In this document: piece by piece, positions 21,283 through 37,003 of the stretch
How the letters are laid out: each line of letters opens with the position of its first letter
Numbering within the stretch: position 1 is the first letter of the stretch
From: the human T2T-CHM13v2.0 reference genome, Homo sapiens
DNA length: 64,000 nucleotides
Assembly: GCF_009914755.1 (NCBI RefSeq)
Contig: NC_060935.1
Reading direction: 5' to 3' (one strand)
Translations under genes and position numbers: made by a program
The notes under the pieces: model-generated
Database searches by the model: none
What the model saw: the letters and a program-made list of their open reading frames with translations, nothing else
What the model was told of the DNA's origin: nothing

Positions 21283-21910
21283 GAGATCCAATCTCACACC
21301 AGTCAGAATGGCTATTACTAAATGGTCAAAAAATAACAGATACCGGTGAGGATGGAGAGATAAGAGAATGCTTATACACTGCTGGTGGGAATGTAAATTA
21401 GTTCAGCCATTCGTGGAAAGCAGTATGGTGATTCCTCAAGGAATTTAAAACAGAATTACCATTTGACCCAGCAATCCCATTATTGGATATACACCCAAAG
21501 GAATATAAATCATTCTACTATAAAGATGCATGTATGTCTGTGTTCATCACAGCTTATTCATAATAGTAAAGACCTAGAATCAACCTAAATGCCCATCAAT
21601 GGTAGACTGGATAAAGGAAATGTGGTACACATACACCATGGAATACTATGCAGCCATAAAGAGGAACAAGATCCTGTCCTTTGCATCAACATAGATATAG
21701 CTAGAGGCCATTATCCTAACTGAACTAACACAGAAACAGAAAATCAAATACCACATGTTCTCACTTATGAGTGGGAGCTAAATATTGAGTACATATGGAC
21801 ACAGAGAAGAGAAAAACAAAAATAATCTGTACAACAAACCTCTGTGAAATGAGTTTACCTATATAACAAGCCTGCTCATGTACCCTTGAGCCTAAAATAA
21901 AACTTAAAAA
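21283..21910 (+). mobile_element. Older L1 3' end (L1PA13-16-like)
   Basis: atctcacaccagtcagaatggc...ataatctgtacaacaaacc...ctaaaataaaac. Confidence 0.8.
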
Positions 21911-22322
21911 ATTTTATATTGAATTTTTACCAAAATAGACAATAACTTGAAGGTCCACAGCTATTTGGAAACTAAGCACAACATTTATCCAAAACCATTG
22001 GGTCAAAGAGGATCCAAATCATGAATTAGAAATTTAGACTAATTTAGAATAAAAATACAATATCTCAAAATATATGGAAATGAGTAACTATGTGAGATTA
22101 TGAATATGCTAATTTGTCTCACTATAATAATTTTACTATACACATCTCTCATAACATCATAGTGTATACCTTAAACATACACAATACAATTTGTTAAAAA
22201 AATATGGGATGCAGGTTTGGCAATGCTAACAGGGAACTTTATAGTTCCTTTGTAGTACTGTGCATTTATTAGGAAAAATGAAAGTTTGCAAAAAAAATGA
22301 ATTAAGCTTTTCTGCCTGGAGG

Positions 22323-22325
<3 letters not shown>

Positions 22326-22370
<45 letters not shown>

Positions 22371-22395
22371 GGAGAGAGAGAGAGAGAGAGAGAGA
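22326..22395. repeat. Compound (CA)n(GA)n microsatellite
   Basis: About 21 CA units followed by a GA run. Confidence 0.97.
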
Positions 22396-23682
22396 AACCC
22401 AAGTAAGTAGAAGCAAAGAAATAATAAAAATAAGAGTAGAAATCAGGGAGGGGCCAAGATGGCCAAGTGGGAACAGCTCTGGTCTGCAGCTCCCAGCAAG
22501 ACCCATGCAGATGGTGGGTGATCTCCGCATTTTCAACTGAGGCACCCAGTTCATCTCATTGGGACTGGTTAGGCAGTGGCTGCAACCCACAGAGGGCAGG
22601 CAGAAGCAGGGTGGGGCGTCAGCTCACCCGGGAAGTGCAAGGAGCCAGGGACTTCCCTCCCTGAACCAAGGGAAGCCATGAGGGACTGTGCTACATGGCC
22701 GGGTTACTACACTTTTCCTACAGTTTTTGCAATCTGCAGATCAGGAGATTCCCTCGTGTGCCTATACCACCAGGGCCCTGGGCTTCAAGCACAAAACTAG
22801 GTGGCTCTTTGGGCAAACACTGGGCTAGCTGCAGCAGTATTTTTTCATATTCCAGTGGTGCCTGGAACCTTAGCAAGACAGAACCATTTACTCCCCTCCC
22901 CTGGAAAAGGGGCTGAGGCCATGGAGCCAGGTGGTCTCGCTCAGTGAGTCCCACTCCCATGGAGCCCAGCAAGCTAAGAACCACTGGCTTGAAATTCTTG
23001 CTGCCAGCGCAGTAGTCTGAAGCCTGCCTGGGACGATGGAGCTTGGTGGGGGGAGGGGTGTGCGCCATTCCTGAGGCTTTAGTAGGCAGTTTTCCCCTGA
23101 CAGTGCTAAGGAGGATGGGAGGTCTGGGCTGGGCATGGTAAAGTGGCTGTGGCAAGACTGCTTCTCTAGATTTCTCCTCACCGGGCAAAGCATCTCTGAA
23201 GGAAAGGCAACAGCCCCAGTAAGAGGTTTACAGACAAAATCCTCATTTCCCTGGAAGAGAACACCTGGGGGAAGGAGTGGCTGTGGGCGCAGCTTCAGCA
23301 AATTTAGTCATTCCTGCCTGCCAGCTCTGAAGAGCACAGCTGATCCTGACAAGAGTGATTCTCCCAATAGAGTGCACCAGCTCTGCTAAGGGACAGATTG
23401 CCTCCTCAAGTGGGTCCCTGACCCCCACGCCTCCTGACAGGGAGAAACCTCCCAACGGGGTCAACAGACACCTCATACAGGAGAGCTCCAGTTGGCATCA
23501 GGCTGGTGCCCCTCTGGGATGAAGCTTCCAGAGGAAGAAGCAGGCAGCAATCTTTGCTGTTCTGCAGCCTCCACTGGTGATACCCAGGTGAAAAGGGTCT
23601 GGAGTGGACCTCAAACAAACTGCAGCAGACCTGCCAAAGAGGGACCTGACTGTTAGAAGGAAAAGTAACAAACAGAAAGCTA

Positions 23683-23730
23683 CAACATCAACATCAACAT
23701 CAACATCAACATCAACATCAACATCAACAT
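23683..23730. repeat. (CAACAT)n hexamer expansion inside the L1 5'UTR
   Basis: About 8 tandem units. Confidence 0.95.
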
Positions 23731-25134
23731 AAAGGACTCCACACAAAAACCCCACCTAAAGGTCATCAGCCTCAACAATCAAAGGTAGATAAATCCAAGA
23801 AGTTGAGGAAAAATCAGTGCAAAAATGCTGAAAATTGCAAAAACCAGAATGCCTCTTCTCTCCAATGATCCCAACTCCTCTCCAGCAAGGGAACAAAACT
23901 GGGCAGAGAATGAGACTGATGAATTGACAGAAGTAGACTTCAGAAGGTGGGTAATAACTCCTCTGAGCTAAAGGAGCATATTCTAACCCAAGGCAAGGAA
24001 GATAAGAACCTTGATAAAAGGTTGCAGGAACTGCTAACTAGAATGACCAGTTTAGAGAAAAACATAAATTACCTGATGGAGCTGAAAATCACAGCATGAG
24101 AACTTCATGAAGTACATACAAATATTATAGCCAAATTGATCAAGCAGAATAAAGGATATCAGAGAATGAAGATCAAGTTCCTGAAATAACGTGTGAAGAA
24201 AAGATTAGAGAAAAAAGAATGAAAAGGAATGAACAAAGCCTCCAAGAAACATGAGACTATGAAAAGACACAACCTACGATAAATTGGTGTCCCTGAAAAT
24301 GATGGGCAGAATGAACCAAACTGGAAAACACACTTCAGGATATTATCCAGGAGAACTTCCCCAACCTAGCAAGACAGGCCAACATTCAAATTCAGGAAAT
24401 ACAGAGAACACCACTAAGATACTCCTCAAGAAGAGCAAACCCCAAGACACATAATTGTCAGATTCTCCAAGATTGAAACAAAGGAAAAAATGTTAAGGGC
24501 AGCCAGAAAGGTCAGGTTACCTACAAAGGGAACCCCATCAGACTAAAAGTGGATCACTCTGCAGAAACCCTACAAGCCAGAAGAGAGTGGGGGCCAATAT
24601 TCAACATTCTTAAAGAAAAGAATTTTCAACCCAGAATTTGATATCCAACCAAATTAAGTTTCATGTGAAGGAAAAACAAAACCCTTTCCAGACAAGCAAA
24701 TACTAAGGGATTTTGTCACCACCAGGCCTGCCTTATGAGAGCACCTGAAGGAAGCACTAAATATGGAAAGGAAATACTGGTACCAGCCACTGCTGAAACA
24801 CAGCAAAATATACAGAGCAATAACACTATGAAGAAAGCGCATCAACTAATGGGCAAAATAACCAGCTAGCATCATGATGATAGGATCAAATTCACACATA
24901 ACAATATTAACCTTAAATGTAAATGGGCTAAATGCCTCAATTAAAAGACACAGAATGACAAACTGGATAAAGAGTCAAGACTCATCTAATGTGCAAAGAT
25001 ACACATAGGCTCAAAATAAAGGGATGGAGGAAGATTTATCAAGAAAATGGCAAGCAAAAAAAGCAGGAGTTGCAATCTTAGTCTCTGATAAAACAGACTT
25101 TAAGCCAACGAAGATTAAAAAAGACAAAGAACAA

Positions 25135-25472
<338 letters not shown>

Positions 25473-25979
25473 TCAATGCGACAAGAAGAGCTAACTATCC
25501 TAAATATATATGCACCCAATGGAGGAATACCCAGATTCATAAAACAAGTTCTTAGAGACCTACAAAGAGGCTTAGACTCCCACACAATAATAGTGGGAGA
25601 CTTTAACACCCCACTGTCAATATTAGACAGAGCAACAAGACAGAGAATTAACAAGGGTATTCAGGACTTGAACTCAGCTCTGAACCAAGCAGACCTAATA
25701 GACATCTACAGAACTCTCCACCCCAAATCAAGAGAATATACATTCTTAGTGCCACACAGCATGTATTCTAAAATTGACCACATAATTGGAAGTAAAACAT
25801 TCCTCAGCAAATGCAAAAGAACGGAAATCATAACAGTCTCTCAGACCACAGTGCAATCAAATTAGAACTCAGGATTAAGAAACTCACTCAAAACCACACA
25901 ACTACGTGGAAATTGAACAACCTGTGCCTGAATGACTACTGGGTAAATAATGAAATTAAGGCAGAAATGAAGTTCTTTG

Positions 25980-25999
25980 CCCCAGAACTTAAAGTACAA

Positions 26000-26039
<40 letters not shown>

Positions 26040-26058
26040 AGCTATCTTAAAAAAAAAA
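25980..26058 (+). mobile_element. Ultra-short L1 3'-end insertion with (AAAT)n
   Basis: cccagaacttaaagtacaat + (aaat)n + agctatctt + A10; TSD gaagtt[c/a]tttg at 25969 and 26059. Confidence 0.75.
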
Positions 26059-27882
26059 GAAGTTATTTGAAACCAATGAGAACAAAGACCCCAAGTACCA
26101 GAATCTCTGGGACACAGGTAAAGCAGTGTTAAGAAAGAAATTTTGTAGCCCTGAATGCCTACCACAGAAAGCTGGAAAGATCTAAAACTGACACTCTAAT
26201 ATCACAATTAAAAGAACTAGAGATGCAAGAGCAAACAAATTCAAAAGCTAGCAGAAGACAAGAATTAAGAAATAAGATCATAGTAGAGTTGAAGGAGATA
26301 GAGACATGAAAAACCCTTCAAATAATCAATGAATCCAGGAGCTGATTTTTTGAAAAGATTAACAAAATAGATGGACCGCTAGCTAGACTAATAAAGAAGA
26401 AAAGAGAGAAAAAGAGGTATCACCACTGATCCCAACAGAAGTACAAACTACCATCAAAGAATACTATAAACACCTCTACGCAAATAAACTAGAAAATCTA
26501 GAAGAAATGAATAAATTTCTGGACACATACACCCTCCCAAGATGAACTTAGGAAGAAGTCAAATCCCTGAGTAGGACGATAACATGTTCTGAAATTGAGG
26601 CAGTGAGTAATAGCCTACCAACCAAAAAAGGGCAAGGACCAGAGAGATTCACAGCCGAAGTCTACCAGAGGTACAAAGAGGAGCTGGTACCATTCCTTCT
26701 GAAACTATTCCAAACAATAGAGGAAGAGGGACTTCTCCCTAACTAATTTTATGAGGCCAGCATCTTCCTGATACCAAAAGCTGGCAGAGACACAACAACA
26801 AAAAAGAAAATTTCAGGCCAATATCCCTGGTGAACATCGATGAGAAAATCCTCAATAAAATACTGTCAAACTGAATTCAGCAGCACATCAAAAAGCTTAT
26901 CCACCACGATCAAGTCAGCTTTATCCCTGGGATGCAAGCCTAGTTCAATATACACAAAACAATAAACATAATCCATCACATAAACAGAACCAATGACAAA
27001 AACCACATGATTATCTCAATAGATGCAGAAAAGGCCTTTGATAAAATTCAACACCCTTTCATGCTAAAAACTCTCAATAAACTAGGTATTGATGGAACAT
27101 ATCTCAAAACAATAAGAGCTATTTTTGACAAATCCATAGCCAATATCATTCTAAATGGCAAAAACTGGAAGCATTTCCTTTGAAAACCGGCACAAGACAA
27201 AGATACCCTCTCTGACCACTCCTATTCAACATAGTATTGGAAGTTCTGGCCAAGGCAATCATGCATGAGAAAGAAATAAAGGTATTTAAATAGAGAGGAA
27301 GTCAAATTGTCTCTGTTTGCAGATGACATGATTGTATATTTAGAAAACCCCATCATCTTAGCCCCAAAACTCCTTAAGCTGATAAGCAACTTCAGCAAAG
27401 TCTCAGGATACAAAATCAATATGCAAAAGTCACAAGCATTCCTATACACCAACAATAGACCAGCAGAGAGCCAAATCCTGAGTGAACTCCCATTCACAAT
27501 TGCTACAAACGGAATAAAATGCCTAGGAATACAACTTACAAGGGACATGAGGGACTTCTTCAAGAAGAACTACATACCAGTGCTCAAGGAATAAGAGAGG
27601 ACACAAACAAATGGAAAAAAATTCCATGCTCATGGATGGGAATAATCAATATAGTGAAAATGACCATACTGCCCAAAGTAATTTATAGATTCAATGCTAT
27701 TCCCATGAAGCTACTAGTGACTTTCTTTGTAGAATTAGAAAAAACTAGTTCAAATTTCAAATGGATCAAAAAGGACACTGTATAGCCAAGAAAATCCTGA
27801 GGAAAGAGAATAAAGCTGGAGGCATCATGCTACCTGACTTCAAACTATACTACAAGGCTACAGTAACCAAAACAGCATGGTA

Positions 27883-27885
<3 letters not shown>

Positions 27886-27938
<53 letters not shown>
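27886..27938. repeat. (TA)n microsatellite inside L1 ORF2
   Basis: About 26 pure AT units. Confidence 0.97.
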
Positions 27939-27941
<3 letters not shown>

Positions 27942-29429
27942 AACAGAACAGAGACCTCAGAAATAACACCGCACATCTACAACCATCTGATCTTTGATGA
28001 ACCTGACATAAACAAGCAATGGGGAAAAGATTCCCTATTTAATTAATGTGCTGGGAAAACTGGCTATCTTTATGCAGAAAACAGAAACTGGACCCCTTTC
28101 CTACACCTTATATAAAAATTAACTCAAGATGGATTAAAAATTTAAATGTAAAACCCCAAAACCATAAAAACTCTGTAAGAAAAGCTAGGCAGTGCCATTC
28201 AGGACACAGGCATGGGCAAAGACTTCATGACTAAAACACAAAAAGCAATTGAAACAAAAGTCAAAATTGACAAATGGAATCTAATCAAACTAAAGAGCTT
28301 CTGCACAGCAAAATAAACTATCATCAGAGTGAACAGGCAACCTACAGAATGGGAGAAAATTTTTGCAAGCTACCTATCTGACAAAAGGCTAATATCCAGA
28401 ATCTACAAGAACCTTAAACAAATTTACAAGAAAACAAACAACCCCATCAAAAAGTGGGCAAAGGACATGAGCAGACATTTCTCAAAAGAAGACATTTATG
28501 TGGCCAACAAACATGAAAAAAAGCTCATCGTCACTGGTCATTAGAGAAATGCAAGTCAAAACCACAATGAGATACCATCCCATGCCAGTTAGAATGGTAC
28601 TCATTAAAAAGTCAGGAAACAACAGATGCTGGAGAGGCTGTGGAGAAGTAGAAACGCTTTTACACTGTTTGTGGGAGTGTAAATTAGTTCAACCATTGTA
28701 GAAGAGAGTAGTGTGGTGATTCCTCAAAGATCTAGAACCAGAAATATTATTTGACCCAGCAATCCCATTGCTGGGTATATACCCAAAGTATTATAAATCA
28801 TTCTACCATAAAAACACATGCACACGTATGTTTATTGCAGCACTATTTATAATAGTAAAGTCTTGGAACCAACCCAAAGACCCATCAATAATAGACTAGA
28901 TAAAGAAAATGTGGCACATATACACCATGGAATACTATGCAGCCATAAAAAGGAATGGAATGATGTCCTTTGCAGGAACATGGGTGGGGCTGGAGGTTAT
29001 TATCCTTAGCAAACTAATGCAGAAACAGAAAACAAAATCCTGCATATTTTTATTTACAAGTGGGAGTTAAATGATGAGAACACATCATCACATAGAGGGG
29101 AACAATAGACACTGGGGCCTACCTAATTGGGGAAGGTGGGAGGAGGGAGAGGATCAGGAAAAATAACTAATGGGTATTAGGCTCAATACCTGGGTGATGA
29201 AATAATCTGTACCACAAACTCCTGTGACACGAGTTTACCTATATTACAAACCTGCACATGTGCCCTTGAACTTAAAATGTAAGTTAAAAAAATAAAATGC
29301 AAATTAAATTTACAATGTGATACTATATGCAGTCATTGGAATTATGAACTTAAAAGATTTCACAATAAGTCATATTGGCAAAATATGGAACAACCAAAAT
29401 TCTTTTTTTCCTGTATTTAAAAAAAAAAT

Positions 29430-30641
<1,212 letters not shown>

Positions 30642-31424
30642 GAAGTGCACATTTGCACATCCAGTTTGGAATATTGATTGATAGTTCACTATAGCCAAAT
30701 ATACATGTGCCTTAAACCCAGGAATTCATAATAGCCCACAAGTGGAAAAAAATCCAAAACCCATGAACACCAGAATAGACAGATAACTTATGGAATATTC
30801 ATATAAGAGAAAATGACCTACAATTAATTAAAAGACCAAATTACTGTTATGCAAGACAAAATGAATAAATTTCACATATTTAAAGGTACACAGATAGCAT
30901 GATTCCATTAATATTAAATTCAAGAACCAGCAAATGTAATCTGCAGGGATAGCAGTAAGTACAGTTGGTGGTTTTGGAGAAGTATTAACTAGGGTGAAAG
31001 AGACATGAGAGATGATTCAGGATGCTGAAAATGAGCTTGTCTGGGTGGTGGTTACATAGTTTTATAGATTTGCAAAATTGATCTAGATAGCCAGTTGATG
31101 TAACTTCTTTAGTGAATAAAAAATTAGAAAATCAAAAAATTAAACTATGTTTTATGGTAAAACTTACTATCACCATAATATCCAGTGATAAACTTTGTGC
31201 TGGAATATGATGCTGATAAGTTTTAACTATGTGGTTAGGTCCCACTGTCCTGTCATAATATTAGGCTATCTAAAAATGTGGCACTTAGAGGCATACATTT
31301 GTATGTGATTTTCTCTTCTCTTATGTATTAAATGTCCTCCAAATGCTGCTGCTAATCTTTTGAAAGAAGAAACAGTTTTGTGTCTCCAATATTTTAAAGT
31401 GAATCATCACCAAATGGAACTTAC

Positions 31425-31540
31425 CTCACAAAGCACAGGCCGAAGACTCTCATTCGCAATTTGGGTGCACGGAACAGGGAAAAAATGGATGTTTTAATTC
31501 GGACTGCATCCAACTCCTTCTTCATGGTGGATCTCACAAG
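31425..31540 (-). CDS. SLC22A24: SLC22A24 exon 6
   Basis: gctgaag|CTTGTGAGA...GTGAG|gtaagt; encodes LVRSTMKKELDAVRIKTSIFSLFRAPKLRMRVFGLCFV(R). Confidence 0.93.
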
Positions 31541-32005
31541 CTTCAGCAACAAAAATAACAACAAGCATTTGTGAGATGTCAATAATGTGTCAGGCATAGT
31601 GGTAAGTACTAGAGAACAAGATAGACATATTGTAAACTATCCTCAAGGAAATTTCTGTCTAGTGGGGAATATGAGCATTAAATAATTCATCTCATGTGTG
31701 AAGTGTTACAAAAGGTGTAGGAAGAAATGGGAACTCAGAGGAATTATATAGGAATAAAACCAGGTTAAACACTGAGCCAGTGATAGGTAAAAGCATTAAC
31801 AAAAATATTTGCATTATAAATCGGAGGCAATGAAACGGTATTTGTTTAAAGGTTAAAGGTTTCTTTCTTATCCACTGGGCATGAAATACTTGTCCTTCCT
31901 TTGTTATGAGAGAAGGTGTTTATTTTTATAAGTCAATAGCTTTCTTGAAAGCTGGGTCCACTTTACGATTAGCTTCTGAGCAATTATTCTCTAGATATGC
32001 CAGTC

Positions 32006-32117
32006 AAGTGTTTGCTATTGTGAACAGTGCTGCAATAAAAATATGTGTGCATGTGTCTTTATGGTAGAATGATTTATAATCCTTTGGGTATATACCCAGT
32101 AATGGGATTGCTGGGTC
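32006..32117 (-). mobile_element. Isolated internal L1 fragment without tail
   Basis: tttgctattgtgaacagtgctgc...gggattgctgggtc in otherwise non-L1 sequence. Confidence 0.75.
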
Positions 32118-32234
32118 CCCTCATGAGTGGAGTGCACAGAAGTGAAGGCAAGGAAAAAAGTTGGGGATGTGTTGGTGGAGTATGATTTTTGCCTAAGCCA
32201 GATATTTGAAGAAGTGAAATATAGTTGTTGGAAA

Positions 32235-32420
32235 GGAGATGGTTTTAGGCTTGCACAAGTCTGGCTTGGAATTTCAGCCCTGCCACTTGATATATTACTT
32301 ATCTCAGGTGCTTAGTTTTCTTATCATTTAGAAAATGAATTTAGCGCTTCTTTCATAGGGATTATCTAATAATTATCTGAAGTCTTACATGTAAATATAA
32401 AATGTATTTAGCACAGGAGT
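32235..32420 (+). mobile_element. MIR-like remnant
   Basis: ctggcttggaatttcagccctgccactt...cttagttttcttatc...tatttagcacag. Confidence 0.5.
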
Positions 32421-32529
32421 AGAAACATTATTTTTAAAAATAATATTAATTCATTTCTTACATTTATGATTTAGTGCAGGATATGGGAGACTTTTACATA
32501 GAGCTCCAGTAAGTAAATATTTCAGGCTG

Positions 32530-33535
32530 TGCACAGCAAAAGAAACTATCATCATAGTGAGCAGGCAACCTACAGAATGGGAGAAAACTTTTGCAACCTA
32601 TCATCTATCCATCTGTCAAAGGGCTAATATCCAGAATCTACAAGGAACTTAAACAAATTTACAAGAAAAAAAAACAACCCCATCAAAAAGTGGGTGAAGT
32701 ATATGAACAGACATTTCTCAAAAGAAGATATTTATGCAGCCAACAAACATGAAAAAAAGCTCATCATCCCTGGTCATTAGAGAAATGCGAATCAAAACCA
32801 CAGTAAGATACCATCTCATGCCAGTTAGAATGGCGATCATTAAAAAGTCAGGAAACAACAGATGCTGGAGAGGATGTGGAGAAATAGGAATGCTTTTACA
32901 CCATGGGAGTGTAAATTAGGTCAATCATTGTGGAAGATCGTGTGGCAACTCCTCAAGGATCTAGAACCAGAAATACCATTTGACCCTGCAATCCCATTAC
33001 TGGGTATATACCCAAAGGATTATAAATCATTCTACTATAAAGACACATATGTTTATTGCAGCACTGTTCACAATAGCAAAGACTTGGAACCAACCCAAAT
33101 GTGCATCAATGATAGACTGGATAAAGAAAACGGGGCACATATATGCCACGGAATACTATGCTGCCATGAAAAATAATGAGTTCATGTCCTTCATCCATGT
33201 CCCTACATGGATGAAGCTGGAAACCATCATTTTCAGCAAACTAACACAGGAGCAGAAATCCAAACACCATGAGTTTTCACTCATAAGTGGGAGCTGAACA
33301 ATGAGAACAAATGGACACAGGGAGGGGAGCATCACACACCAGGGCCTGTTGGGGGATGGGGGGCAAAAGGAGGGAAAGCATTAGGACAAATACCTAATGC
33401 ATGTGAAGCTTAAAACCTAGATGATGGGTTGATGGGTGCAGCAAACCACCATGGCACATGTATACCTATGTAACAAACCTGCATGTTCTACACATGTATT
33501 TCAGAACTTAAATTATAATTTAAAAAGTTTAAAAA
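32530..33535 (+). mobile_element. 5'-truncated L1PA7/8-like element
   Basis: ORF2 C-terminal fragments and 3'UTR (gatgggttgatgggtgcagcaaaccacc). Confidence 0.88.
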
Positions 33536-33820
33536 ATGGAAATAATATCAAGCATCATCTCTTACCACAGTGGAATAAAACTAGAATTCAGTAACAAGAA
33601 AAACTTTAGAAACTATACAGACACATGGAAATTAAACAATATGTTCCTGAATGACCAGTGGGTTAATGAATAAATGAAGACAGAAATTAAAACTATCTTG
33701 AACCAAATGAAAGTGGACACACAACATACCAAAACCTATGGGACAGAGAGAAAGTGGTACTAATTGCAAATTTATAGCAATTAGTGCCTACATCCAAAAT
33801 GTATAAAAACTTCAAATATT

Positions 33821-34136
33821 GGCAGGCACAGTGGCTCATGCCTATAATCTCAGCACTTGGGAGGCCAAAGTGGGTGGCTCACTTGAGGTCAGGAGTGTAA
33901 GAGCAGCTTGGCCAACATGGTGAAAACCTGTCTTTACTAAAAATGCAAAAATTAGCCAGGCATGGTGGCACATGCCACCCAGCTACTTGGGTGGCTGAGG
34001 GAGGAGAATCACTTGAACCTGGGAGCTGAAGGTTGCAGTAAGCCAAGATTACACCACTGCCCTCCAGCCTAGGTGACAGAGTGAGACTCCATCTCAAAAA
34101 AACAAACAAGCAAGCAAACAAACAAATAAAAAAACT
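33821..34136 (+). mobile_element. AluS
   Basis: Alu dimer with (AAAC)n-type tail. Confidence 0.92.
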
Positions 34137-34640
34137 AAACAATCTAATGATGTGTCTTACAGAATTAGAAAAACAAGGGCAAACCAAACCCCCAAAATAG
34201 TAGAAGTAACAAAGATCAGAGGAGAAAGAAATGAAATTGAGAGAAAACAATACAAAAAATGAACAAAAGCTGGCTTTTTGAAAAGATAAACAAAATTGAC
34301 AAACTTCTAGGCTAAGAAAAAAGAGAGAAGACTCAAATAAAATCAGAAATGAAAAAGGTGACATTACAACCAATACTGCAGAAATTCAAAGGGTTATTAA
34401 AGGCTGGTATGAGCAACAGTATGCCAATACATTATAAAAGCTAGAAAAAAATGAAGAAATTCCTAGTCACATGCAACTTATCAAGATTGAACCATGAAGA
34501 AATTCAAAACCTGAACAGACCAATAAGAAGTAATGACATTGAAGCCACAATACAAAGTCTCCCAGCAAAGTAAGCACAGGAACTGATGATTTCGCTGATG
34601 CATGTTAACAAATATTTATTGGTTTTTATTTATATTTAAA

Positions 34641-34799
34641 ATTTTTTTGAGTTGCTGTCTCACTGTTTTGTCCAGGCTGGAGTGCAGTGATGCTTTCATG
34701 GCTTATAGCAGCCTCAACCTTCCAGGTTGAGGTGATTGTTCCATCTCACCCCCTGAGCAGCTGGGACCACAGTCTGTACCACCACACCTGGCTAATTTT

Positions 34800-34843
<44 letters not shown>

Positions 34844-34927
34844 TAGAGATAGGGTCTATGTTGCCTAGGCTGGTCTTGAACTCCTGGACTCAAGCAATTC
34901 TTCTGCCTTGGCCTCCCAAATTGCTGG
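34641..34927 (-). mobile_element. AluJ-like element with expanded central T tract
   Basis: Diverged antisense Alu with ~38-nt poly(T) linker at 34805-34842. Confidence 0.85.
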
Positions 34928-36754
34928 CCTTACCAAACATTTAAAGAACTAGTACTAATCCTACTCAAACTATTCTGAAAAAATACGGGAGGAGAAAATA
35001 CTTTCAAACCCATTCTGTGAGGCCAGTATTACTCTGATACCCAAACCAGACAGAGACAGATAAAAAAGAAAACTACAGGTTAATATCCCTGATGAATATT
35101 GATACAGAAATCCTCAATGAAATACTAGCAAGCCAATTTCAATGACACGTGAAGAAGACTGTTTTTCACGGCCAGGCAGAATTTATGACCAGGAATGCAA
35201 GGATGGTTCGACATATGCAATTCAACCAATGTGATACATCCTATGAACAGAATAAAGGACAAAAACTGCATAATCATTTCAGTTGATGCTGAAAAAGCAT
35301 TTGATAAAATTCAACTTCCCTTCATGATAAAAACTCAAAAAAATCTCAGTATAGAAGGAACATACCCCAATATAATAAAAGCCAGATATGATAGACACAC
35401 AGCTAGTACCATAGTAAATGGATAAAAACTAAAAGTCTTATCCCTAAAATTCAGAAAAAGACAAGGATGCTCATTTTCACTACTGTTTTTCAACATAGTA
35501 CTGGAAATCCTAGCTAGAGCAATCAGACAAGAGACAGATATAAATGGCATCCAAATTGGAAAGGAAGAAGTTAAATTATCTTTGTTTACAAATGATATAA
35601 GCTTATATTTGGGAAAGCCAACACTCCACAAAAAACTATGAGCTGATAAACAAATTTAGTAAAGTTGCAAGATACAAAATCAACATAAAAAATAAGTGGC
35701 ATTTCTATATGACAACAGTGAACAATCTGAAAAATAAATTAATAAAGTAATACCATTTGTAATAGGTACAAATAAAATACCTAGGAATAAATTTTTAATC
35801 AAAGAAGTGAAAGAGCTCTACAATGAAAACTATAAAGCACTGATGCAAGAAATCGAAGAGAACACACAAAAAATGAAAATATATTCCATGTTCATGGATT
35901 GGATTAATCAGTATTGTTAAAATGTCCATACTACCCAAAGCATTCTACAGATACAATGCAATATACCAATGATATTCTTCACAGAAATAGAAAAAATAGT
36001 CTTAATGTTTTAGTGGAACCACAAATGACTTAGAATAGCCAAAGCTACTCTGAGTAAAAAGAATAAAACTGGAGGAATCATGTTACCTGGCTCTAAATTA
36101 TACTACAGAGCTGTAACTACCAAAACAGCATGGTACTGGCATAAAGACACAGACCAATGGAACAGAGTAGACAAGCCAGAAATAAATCCCTACATCTACA
36201 GTGAACTGATTTTTGACAAAGGTACTAAGAAAATACTTCAGGGAAAAGACAATTTCTTCAATAAATGGTGATGAGAAAACTGGATATCCATTTGCAGGAG
36301 AATGAAACTAAGCTCTCACCATATAAAAAATCAAATCAAAATGGATTAAATGCTTACATCTAAGATTGCAAACTATACATCTACTATAACAAAGCACTGG
36401 GGAAACTCTCCAGGTCATTGGTCTGGGCAAAGATTTCTTGAGTAATATGCCAAGCACAAGCACAGGCAGACAAAGTAAAACTGGATAAATGGGATCACAT
36501 CATGTTAAAAAGCTTCTGCACAGTAAAAGATATAATCAACAAGGTAAAGAGACAGCCTGCAGAATGGGAGAAAATATTTGCAAACTACTCATCTGACAAG
36601 GGATTAATAACCAGAATATATAAGGAGCTCAACCCTCATACACAGTTGGAGGGAATGTAAATTAGTACAATCACTACGGCGAATATTTTGGAGGTTACTC
36701 AAAAAACTGAAGATAGAACTACCATATGATCCAGCAATGTTACTACTTGTTTTT

Positions 36755-37003
36755 TTTTTAAATTACACTAGGTAAGTGTTTATTAAATTAATGCTACTCT
36801 TCAAAAGTTGCATATAATATTACACTAGGCAAGAATCAATGCTGCTATTCAAAAATTGTATATAATATTATACTAGGTAAGTGTTAATTAAATTAATGCT
36901 GATATTCAATTATTAATATAAAACAAATTAGAAATAAAGCATAAGTGTTAGCTTAATATGGATCACTACTATAAGGTAAAAAGATTCAAAAAGCCCAGGA
37001 GTT
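36755..37003 (-). mobile_element. Retroposed non-L1 fragment (orphan transduction or mRNA 3' end)
   Basis: Poly(T), AATAAA about 19 nt from the tail, ~28-33-bp TSD. Confidence 0.65.

Noticed and set aside
33821-34927. Inverted Alu pair
   Set aside because: Common in introns, and the AluJ arm is diverged.
36762-36909. Spaced AT-rich repeats as a CRISPR-like array
   Set aside because: Degenerate tandem units without unique spacers, in a primate intron with no cas genes.
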